Positions 7,412 through 14,254 of a stretch of 14,254 nucleotides of DNA are shown in pieces. The translations under genes and the position numbers were made by a program. The notes beneath the pieces were generated by a model, which saw only the letters and a program-made list of their open reading frames with translations, did no database searches and was not told the DNA's origin. The stretch comes from a virus (taxonomy: Duplodnaviria > Heunggongvirae > Uroviricota > Caudoviricetes): IMG/VR virus record IMGVR_UViG_2721755727_000004; one strand, 5' to 3'. The first letter of the stretch is position 1, and every line of letters begins with the position of its first letter.

Positions 7412-8779
7412 TTAAAGCGAGCGGATCCCGTAGGACTCAATGTGATCAGACAGCGTGTCTTCTTTCTCGTACAGCATGGCTCTGCCAACCGCCATAATCA
7501 GCGCAACTGCACCATCGATTTTGTTTTCCGCCTGCTCCTTGACGGGCTTCACCACATCATCGTTACCCGGAATGGTTTTGCCGACCACGTTGCCGATACA
7601 CCAGGTCATGATGGGATTGCCGTCATGATGAAAGCGCCCCGATTCAATCGCCGCTTCCAGCTCTTTCATCGGATCGGACATGTTGGTGTAGTTCTGAATG
7701 ATGGTGACGGGGTTCAGGTCTTCATCAGCAAGGTCATGTGACAGCCCGGTCGCCCCGAAGGGGTCGATGGGTGACTCACTGACCGGGCTGATTTTGTTCG
7801 CCGCTTTGGCCTCTTCGAGGATGTAGCGATAATCCACCTCCGCACCATCGGTAACGGTCAGAACGCCCATTTCCACCCATTTCTGAAAGCGTTCGGCTGT
7901 CCGGCGATCTTCATTTTTCTCGACGCTGTACACCGTGTCATACGGTACCCAGAAACGCGGGGCCACACTGTAGTAATGCGTTTTACCGTCAATCTCGCGG
8001 GTATAAAGTCGCGCCATGCTGTTCATATCCAGCTTACGCGCCAGGTCAAAGGCCAGAATGCACGGCTGCCCCTCGAACTGCTCAAGGGTCAGTGATTTAT
8101 CCTCGCAGCTCTGCCAGCTCACCAGGTTGAAATACGCCGAACGCGCCGACGCCCAGATATTGAGGTGTTTTGTTTTAAAGACGTTTGCCAGACGGGCGTT
8201 ATTTTTCGCACGCTGCTGCTGACTTAACAAAAATTCGCGATAAACCGACACGCCAATATTTGGATTGGCTTTTTCCAGCACCTGCGGGTCGGTCCAGTCG
8301 TCACCTTCATCAACGGTATAGATGATCCCGAACAGTTCATCGTTTGGCACCGAGCCGTTGAGCATCTCGATGACTTCCCGCCGTTTGTCGTAGCACGGCC
8401 CCTCAATGTTGTACCCGGCGGTGGTAATGGCCCACATCAGTGGCTGGCGTCGCGCCCCCATCCCGGTAAGCATCGTGGTGTAAAGCGCATCTGTGGCGTG
8501 CTCGTGATATTCATCCACCACGGCACAGTGGGGTGATGAACCATCACCCTGGCGACGCGCCTTACGCGTTAACCAGCCTTCTGCTTCCAGCCGTGCGATA
8601 GCCGTTCTGACGGTACTCATCCCCGCGCCAATCTGACGGGCAATGGTTTCAATTGATGGCCAGCACACACCTTCGTCATTACTGAAATCAGCCAGGCGGG
8701 CCATAATTGCCACGCTGGATAACTTCATGCCTGATGCAGCGCAACCATCCCATACATAGCCGGTTAATTTAGTGCTCAT
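7412..8779 (-). CDS. ymfN: Chimeric ORF: N-terminal replication-initiator-type HTH domain fused to terminase large-subunit C-terminal region
   Basis: 455 aa; residues 1-80 HTH ([48 protein letters not shown]); from about residue 85 a terminase region with Walker B-like AVVDEYHE and C-terminal nuclease-type motif [13 protein letters not shown]. Confidence 0.8.
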
Positions 8780-8788
8780 GACCGACCT

Positions 8789-9127
8789 CTATTTCCCTGA
8801 ATTTACGACGAAACTGTTCGAGCGGGCTGAAGCATTCATGCTCATAACCTTCGCGGAGGTAGATAACCCGTTGTGTTTCCGGCTCCCAACGAATGACTCT
8901 GACGGGCACTCCGTAGTGATCTTTGAACCAGCGGTTAACTTGTCGCAAAGGACTGTCTCCTTCTGCCGGTTGAAATCACCCACAGCCCACTCTGCAAAGC
9001 TGTGGGTTACAATTTCCCTGTCACCTGGTACATTCACTGCATAGCAATATTCCACCTTCGCTTTTCCACCCGGTACAGGAAGCGCAATCAGTTGCGAGCG
9101 ACGGTAGTGTGTTGTTAAACTGTTCAT
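8789..9127 (-). CDS. ymfM: Early-operon protein; candidate SOS-inducible cell-division inhibitor
   Basis: 112-aa ORF; start overlaps the ymfL stop (ATGA). Confidence 0.65.
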
Positions 9128-9693
9128 GCGTTAGTTTCTCCACAACCAGAAGCAATCGACGCCACGACGCCCGGAGCTGCACACTCGCGGGCGTCATTAC
9201 TTTCTGAAATGCAAAAAATTTTGTAGACAAGTGCTGCATGCTCCTGCAGCTTCGAAATTGAGAGATACAGCTCGTCGTTAATTGCTGTCTTCTCATGCGG
9301 TTCCACTACACCGTCTTCGATTGCTGAACGAATCTGTTTTGAATAACTGCCGATCTGTTCAATGACTTCCAGCAGACGCTGGTTAATATCGGCGTTGTCC
9401 ACATCCTCGACGTCAGGAAGAGACACAAAGACGCCATTTGCAGACTGCGCCACAGCATCAGCAATGAAGTGAGTGCCACCAGCACGCTGTAAAACCATTG
9501 CCCATCCCAGCGGGAAAATCTGATCGCCATCTGCACGAAGGCGGTTGAATAAAGCGTTTTCTGTTACATCGAGCCAGTCAGCCGCTTCAGCGTAACCACT
9601 CGGCAACGCCGCGATAGTTTTTCTGACAGCTTTCACGTACCACTCAGGCTGTTTTTCTATTTTCCAGTGATGCTTACCCACGATTAGCCTCAT
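9124..9693 (-). CDS. ymfL: Early-operon regulatory protein (CII-like position)
   Basis: 189-aa ORF immediately downstream of croE in the rightward early operon. Confidence 0.65.
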
Positions 9694-9724
9694 CGTTCTG
9701 TGGTTAAAAATTGAAAGTGTTCTG

Positions 9725-9925
9725 CTAATCTTTCGGATAGATATCCGGTCTTAAGTCAGATTTCGTAATTGCACCTGATGTGTATTGCTCAAGTTTTTTA
9801 GCCAGCACAAAACTGGCTTTTTTATAGCCATTGAAAACCAGCCGTAAGTAGCCAGGTGTTGAGCCAACTTTTCCGGCCAACTCGCCCTGCTGTTCTTTGG
9901 TTAAAGAGTCCCAATACGCTTTCAT
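9725..9925 (-). CDS. croE: Cro-like repressor
   Basis: 66 aa (MKAYWDSLTKEQQGELAGKVGSTPGYLRLVFNGYKK...) with HTH; divergent from the CI-like gene across an operator region; GGAGG RBS. Confidence 0.75.
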   Translation of the reverse strand: MKAYWDSLTKEQQGELAGKVGSTPGYLRLVFNGYKKASFVLAKKLEQYTSGAITKSDLRPDIYPKD

Positions 9926-9928
9926 ACA

Positions 9929-9951
9929 ATATGTACCTCCGGTGTACATAT
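9929..9951. promoter_or_regulatory. Operator palindrome ATATGTAC-N7-GTACATAT (OR-like site)
   Basis: Perfect 8-bp inverted repeat with 7-bp spacer between the croE start and cohE. Confidence 0.6.
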
Positions 9952-9979
9952 TACATGATTGAAATGAACCTTCAAGATA

Positions 9980-10000
9980 CTTGTACCTTAACGGTACAAG
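9980..10000. promoter_or_regulatory. Operator palindrome CTTGTACC-TTAAC-GGTACAAG (OR-like site)
   Basis: Perfect 8-bp inverted repeat, 16 bp upstream of the cohE ATG. Confidence 0.6.
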
Positions 10001-10015
10001 GGTTTTAATTTCGTT

Positions 10016-10690
10016 ATGAAAACAATCCATGACATCCGGCGGTCTAACGCCAGAAAACTGAGAGATGGTGTTGGCGGGAATTCTTCCTTTGCCACTATGA
10101 TTGATCGCGAGCCAACCCAGACCAGCAGGTTTATGGGAGATGGTGCTACTAAAAATATCGGTGACAGCATGGCACGACACATCGAAAAATGTTTCGACCT
10201 GCCTGTAGGATGGCTCGATCAAGAACACCAGACAACGAACATCACAAAAAAACCTGATGTTTCAATCACTAATAAACAAATCACATTAGTCCCTGTCATA
10301 TCATGGGTACAGGCCGGAGCATGGAAAGAAGTTGGATATTCTGAGGTTGATTTGAGCACAGCAGAAACGTATCCCTGCCCTGTACCCTGTGGGGAAATGA
10401 CTTATATCTTGCGGGTAATAGGTGATTCAATGATTGATGAGTACCGCCCGGGAGACATGATTTTTGTCGATCCTGAAGTACCTGCCTGCCACGGTGACGA
10501 CGTTATTGCATTGATGCACGATACAGGTGAAACCACCTTCAAAAGGTTGATAGAAGATGGGACACAGCGTTATCTCAAAGCGTTAAACCCAAACTGGCCT
10601 GAGCCTTACATTAAGATCAACGGTAATTGCTCTATAATTGGTACTGTGATTTTCTCAGGAAAACCAAGAAGATACAAAATCAAAGCCTAA
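10016..10690 (+). CDS. cohE: CI-like prophage repressor with LexA-type S24 autopeptidase domain
   Basis: 224 aa; N-terminal HTH, C-terminal S24 peptidase with GDSM serine motif (VIGDSMIDEY) and catalytic lysine region. Confidence 0.9.
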   Translation: MKTIHDIRRSNARKLRDGVGGNSSFATMIDREPTQTSRFMGDGATKNIGDSMARHIEKCFDLPVGWLDQEHQTTNITKKPDVSITNKQITLVPVISWVQAGAWKEVGYSEVDLSTAETYPCPVPCGEMTYILRVIGDSMIDEYRPGDMIFVDPEVPACHGDDVIALMHDTGETTFKRLIEDGTQRYLKALNPNWPEPYIKINGNCSIIGTVIFSGKPRRYKIKA

Positions 10691-10702
10691 TCAATGTTTA
10701 TG

Positions 10703-10725
10703 AACCTGCTTCGGCAGGTTTTTTT
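10703..10725 (+). terminator. Intrinsic terminator after cohE
   Basis: AACCTGC-ttcg-GCAGGTT followed by a T7 run, 13 bp after the stop. Confidence 0.85.
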
Positions 10726-10729
10726 ATAC

Positions 10730-10763
10730 TTGACAATGTACCTTTGAGATACATAATGTACCC
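10730..10763 (+). promoter_or_regulatory. Near-consensus sigma70 promoter with two AATGTACC operator half-site repeats (pL-like) upstream of ymfJ
   Basis: TTGACA (10730-10735), 16-17 bp spacer, CATAAT (10752-10757); AATGTACC at 10735-10742 and 10755-10762. Confidence 0.6.
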
Positions 10764-10864
10764 AAGAGAAACAACAAACAGGCAGGACGCCCACGAAGTA
10801 GCCCGCCCGGTACGTACGAAGACCGGGATGATTCGTTAGCGGATGATTTCAGTGGAGAGAATAG

Positions 10865-11173
10865 ATGAATGAGCAGAATTTGAAGCATGTGATCGCATTG
10901 TTGCTGGAAGACGCTAAACGTTTGCAGCAGATAGAGCCAAATGCAGGCACTGAGGCCCGCATTTTGTTAGCAAAACAGGCATTAAAGACTTGCGGGGCGC
11001 AAGCCCCTGGTCGAACCGAGTTCATGAATTTCATGGCTAACACACTCACCCCTCTGCCATGCAATGGAGAGAAGGTGAGCCGTGTTTATCACGACACAAT
11101 GGTTAAGGCTTTAAGAATCGAGCTTGATGGGCTTAGGCGTAAGATCGTAATGAACGAAATCGTTACCAACTAA
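10865..11173 (+). CDS. ymfJ: Hypothetical protein, first gene of the leftward (pL-like) operon
   Basis: 102-aa ORF with GGAGAG RBS; unknown function. Confidence 0.6.
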   Translation: MNEQNLKHVIALLLEDAKRLQQIEPNAGTEARILLAKQALKTCGAQAPGRTEFMNFMANTLTPLPCNGEKVSRVYHDTMVKALRIELDGLRRKIVMNEIVTN

Positions 11174-11452
11174 GGAAGCAGACGGAAGTAAGCATGCGCT
11201 TTGTTCAAATTTACAGACAAATATATTTGCGTCAACACCGGCACTGTTAGCAATTGAAAATGTTTGATCAAGGATTTGTTGGCAGTTCATTGTACTTTTG
11301 AGGATATATCCCTCTGGAATCAGTCTGCAGCAGCTATCGTCAGACTCTTTAACTGTTTTCTGGTACAGAAAGTTAAGCATTAATTCTTCAAATTTTTTGG
11401 TCTGTTCGGCTGTGTCTTCAAATAGACGAACGTGAACATAAAACTGGTTCAT
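11111..11452 (-). CDS. ymfI: Hypothetical protein, convergent with and overlapping ymfJ
   Basis: 113 aa from MNQFYVHVRLFEDTAEQ with AAGGAA RBS; the longer track ORF starts at an upstream non-ATG codon. Confidence 0.55.
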   Translation of the reverse strand: MNQFYVHVRLFEDTAEQTKKFEELMLNFLYQKTVKESDDSCCRLIPEGYILKSTMNCQQILDQTFSIANSAGVDANIFVCKFEQSACLLPSASLVGNDFVHYDLTPKPIKLDS

Positions 11453-11708
11453 TAAGTTTCCTTGCTTGCTGGCTGTGTGAGAACTCCAGCATACCACCGA
11501 GCCTGAAGTGGTGAAAAGACAGGCACATAACAGCTAAGTATTTTCAACCAGAGAGAATCCTTAGCGTTGTGGTGAATGCGGCTCAGCGCACGCGGGTTAA
11601 GGTTGAGGCTGACAATCGACCTTCTGTGGATACCCACCCGCCTGGTGTGCAACCTTCGCCAGGCACCGGGGGCACCCGACACCACAACTTTATGCTGTGT
11701 GTAGTCTT

Positions 11709-11754
11709 GGCGGTACCAGTTTTTTCCTTAGTCCTTTCTGGTACCGCCCTTTTT
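11709..11754 (+). terminator. Strong hairpin with T-run (intrinsic terminator or attenuator) upstream of xis-int
   Basis: GGCGGTACCAG (11709-11719) and CTGGTACCGCC (11738-11748), perfect 11-bp stem, then CTTTTT. Confidence 0.65.
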
Positions 11755-11916
11755 ACAAAACAGAGAAGAGTATCCCCGGATGACGGGTTAATAACCCGAC
11801 CCATCCTGATAGCTGTGGCCACAGGTGCTCTTCTCTGTTTTGTGGAGAAACTAACCGACCGTGCAGGGTCGATATGCTGAGACTAAGCAGTTAGTGTAGT
11901 AATAAGGTGATCGCAT

Positions 11917-12162
11917 ATGCTTCAAATGTTAACTCTTGAAGAATGGGCTGCTGAAAAATACAGAAGTAATCCTCCAAGTGTGTCCACATTGCGTCGTTAT
12001 GCTAAGCAGAATTTATTTTGTCCACCGGCCATGAAACAAGGCCGGTTATGGCGAGTGCGTGAGGACGCCGAGTTAGTTGGGGAGTTGGTAACACCTGTAA
12101 TCAAGAAAAATGACTCATTACTTTTGCAACGGATTTTGAGTAATGGCAGCCAGACCGCGTAA
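11917..12162 (+). CDS. xisE: Excisionase
   Basis: 81-aa ORF directly upstream of and overlapping the integrase gene; AAGGTGA RBS. Confidence 0.8.
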   Translation: MLQMLTLEEWAAEKYRSNPPSVSTLRRYAKQNLFCPPAMKQGRLWRVREDAELVGELVTPVIKKNDSLLLQRILSNGSQTA

Positions 12163-13270
12163 GAATAATGTTTCAGTCCCTAACTTATATCCGCTTTATA
12201 GTAGGAAGGTAAATAAAGTCTATTGGCGGTATAAGCATCCAGTGACAGGAAAATTCCATGCTTTGGGAACAAACGAAGCTGAAGCTATCGCTATTGCCAC
12301 TGAGGCCAACACTCGCCTGGCTGAACAAAGAACCCGGCAGATTCTGGCTATCAGTGACAGGATCGCAACCAGCAAAGGAAAGGCTATCACAACGTCAACC
12401 TGGTTAGATCGCTATCAAGCGATCCAGGATGACAGGCTTAAAAGTGGTGATATAAGACTCAACACCTATAAACAAAAAGCTAAACCAGTATCCTTGCTCA
12501 GAGAACGAGCAGGAATGAAGTTGATCTCAGCCGTTGATGTCAGAGATATAGCACAATTGCTTGATGAGTATATCGCCGCTGGGCGGCCAAGAATGGCACA
12601 AGTAGTTCGCTCCGTCCTGATTGATGTTTTCAAAGAGGCGCAGCACTACGGAGAAGTACCTCCTGGCTATAACCCAGCATTAGCCACTAAACAACCAAGA
12701 AGAAAAATTACCCGACAACGGCTGAGCCTTGAAGAATGGAAAAAAATCTTCGATATCGCAGACGCTACTCATCGTTACATGGGAAATGCCATGCTGTTAG
12801 CGCTGGTTACTGGTCAGCGGTTAGGTGATATTTCGCGTATGAAATTTAGCGATATTTGGGATGATCATCTTCATGTCATTCAGGAAAAGACCGGGAGCAA
12901 AATCGCAATTCCTCTTTCTCTTCGCCTCAATGCGATTAACTGGAGTTTACGCGATGTAGTAGCCCGCTGCCGTGACTATGCAGTCAGTGCATACTTAGTG
13001 CATTTTTTTCGTTCAACTTCACAAGCAGAGCGCGGAGCGCAGGTTAAAGCCAATACATTGACGATGAATTTTAGTAAAGCGAGAGATTTAGCAAGAATTG
13101 ACTGGGGAGAGGGTTCACCTGCGACATTCCATGAGCAAAGGTCTTTATCTGAACGTCTGTATAAAGAACAGGGGTTAGACACACAAAAACTACTTGGTCA
13201 TAAAACACAACAACAAACCGATCGTTATCATGATGATCGAGGTAAAGGATGGAGCAAAGTAGCGTTGTGA
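12143..13270 (+). CDS. intE: Tyrosine-type site-specific integrase
   Basis: 375-aa ORF; C-terminal catalytic region (LLGHKTQQQTDRYHDD); overlaps xis by 20 bp. Confidence 0.9.
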   Translation: MAARPRKNNVSVPNLYPLYSRKVNKVYWRYKHPVTGKFHALGTNEAEAIAIATEANTRLAEQRTRQILAISDRIATSKGKAITTSTWLDRYQAIQDDRLKSGDIRLNTYKQKAKPVSLLRERAGMKLISAVDVRDIAQLLDEYIAAGRPRMAQVVRSVLIDVFKEAQHYGEVPPGYNPALATKQPRRKITRQRLSLEEWKKIFDIADATHRYMGNAMLLALVTGQRLGDISRMKFSDIWDDHLHVIQEKTGSKIAIPLSLRLNAINWSLRDVVARCRDYAVSAYLVHFFRSTSQAERGAQVKANTLTMNFSKARDLARIDWGEGSPATFHEQRSLSERLYKEQGLDTQKLLGHKTQQQTDRYHDDRGKGWSKVAL

Positions 13271-13360
13271 ACCTTTAAGCATCTCAACGCCACATTGAAT
13301 TTCTCACCGCACATGATAAAAACTAAAAAGTCCACTTTAAGCGAGCGGCGGACAGCCATA

Positions 13361-14254
13361 TCAGTTACTGGTAAGACGTGAAATATCACAGAGAAGATCA
13401 CCTAAAATCGATGAAAAGGACTCCCCATCTAGATTCACATTGATATTTTTGCCATGGAAAAGATATTGAAGCATCACTGTACATAGAGCTTCAATCAACT
13501 CTTCATTTCCGACAGGGTAGCATGAAATATTCGAATATATACGCTCATATGCAGCTGGGTGTGTATTTTGTAAACAGAAGTAATTTTCAACTTCTAAGCT
13601 TTGTATACAAAGCACTGCCGTAGCAATGCCAAGTGCACGTTTCTTTAATTCAGGAGCGGATTCATACAGGTTGCCTAATATCCATTTTGTAGCATGTGAA
13701 TCTGCTTCACGCTCCTCTTGAGTGGAGAATGCTGTAGTGACCAATGGATGCTGTAAAACAACATGACTTATTTCATGATGAAGAATCCAAGCAATAGCAC
13801 AAAGAAATATCTCGCTAGCAACTTGTGAGTCTTCGCTTCCTTGTAAATATGCTTCTGGCTTGGGACATTTTTTAGGCCATGATTCGCAACCTGTTGTTTG
13901 CAAGTTTTTCCTTGCCCATTTAAGAAGTTCATCAGACTTTTTAAGCCTATTTTTTCCTGTTAAATCAAAGTGCTCATCATTATTTTTCTGAGATTTGGAG
14001 TACTCTTGCGTAAAAACCCAAAAGAAATTGGAAAATGCCCAAATATATTCAAGTGAAGCTACTGTTAGAACTATTTCATGTGAATTATTACTCTCATTCT
14101 TCCTGACTCGGATATTAAAACCAGGTTCACTCACAACTGAAATTATAATTTTTTTGTCGTCAACTATCGTTTTAAGATCTTGCTCCTTCTCTGGTGCAAT
14201 CTTAAATGGTGATGAATTAATTGCTGAGAAAAGATGACAAATTGGTGAGCGCAT
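13361..14254 (-). CDS. lit: Lit cell-death peptidase (zinc metalloprotease cleaving EF-Tu when triggered by the T4 Gol peptide; abortive infection)
   Basis: 297-aa ORF starting at the window edge; HEXXH motif (ILHHEISHVV); AT-rich. Confidence 0.9.
   Translation of the reverse strand: MRSPICHLFSAINSSPFKIAPEKEQDLKTIVDDKKIIISVVSEPGFNIRVRKNESNNSHEIVLTVASLEYIWAFSNFFWVFTQEYSKSQKNNDEHFDLTGKNRLKKSDELLKWARKNLQTTGCESWPKKCPKPEAYLQGSEDSQVASEIFLCAIAWILHHEISHVVLQHPLVTTAFSTQEEREADSHATKWILGNLYESAPELKKRALGIATAVLCIQSLEVENYFCLQNTHPAAYERIYSNISCYPVGNEELIEALCTVMLQYLFHGKNINVNLDGESFSSILGDLLCDISRLTSN

Larger units (their letters stand above)
1531..14254. mobile_element. e14-type defective lambdoid prophage integrated in icd (right portion; continues beyond the window end)
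   Basis: icd 3' fragment at the junction, int/xis, CI/Cro immunity region, fragmentary morphogenesis genes, mcrA and lit morons. Confidence 0.9.

Noticed and set aside
6105-8406. Plus-strand ORFs of 60-99 aa across the baseplate, portal and terminase genes, and the minus-strand 60-aa ORF 8224-8406 inside ymfN
   Set aside because: Alternative-frame or antisense ORFs typical of GC-rich genes; the minus-strand genes here have clear family features.
8772-9536. ORFs 8772-9044 (+), 9021-9296 (-) and 9306-9536 (-)
   Set aside because: Overlap ymfM/ymfL in other frames; the ymfL and ymfM frames are coupled and cover the interval.
11452-11880. ORFs 11452-11685 (-), 11569-11880 (+) and 11583-11822 (-) as protein genes (possibly the historical ymfH)
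   Set aside because: Mutually overlapping on both strands in a region dominated by perfect inverted repeats and a terminator; more consistent with structured non-coding DNA.
11560-11900. Retron (msr/msd) interpretation of the inverted-repeat-rich region
   Set aside because: No reverse transcriptase gene nearby.
1-14254. CRISPR array or tRNA/tmRNA gene at the integration site
   Set aside because: No regularly spaced direct repeats anywhere; the integration target here is the protein-coding icd 3' end, and no cloverleaf-like sequence was seen.

Overview
The window holds about 12.7 kb of an e14-type defective lambdoid prophage inserted in the 3' end of icd, plus about 1.5 kb of host flank (ycgX, iraM), shown in reverse orientation to the usual E. 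coli K-12 map. Gene order, ORF lengths and several protein sequences match my recollection of K-12 e14; all identifications are from reading the sequence and memory, with no database search. Left to right: ycgX, iraM, the displaced icd 3' fragment at attR, mcrA (type IV restriction), pinE invertase with its invertible P segment of decayed tail-fibre and tail-fibre-assembly genes, a tail remnant (ymfQ, baseplate-J fragment), a portal fragment, a chimeric replication-HTH/terminase ORF, the early operon croE-ymfL-ymfM, the divergent CI-like repressor cohE with palindromic operators, ymfJ/ymfI, a structured non-coding region, xisE-intE, and lit (abortive-infection protease). I see no convincingly novel system; this looks like a known cryptic prophage carrying two known defence morons. 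The observations most worth a second look are a second copy of the icd flank bracketing iraM, the deletion scars that define the defectiveness, the operator layout, a structured terminator-containing region upstream of xis-int, and the eroded coding content of the P segment.
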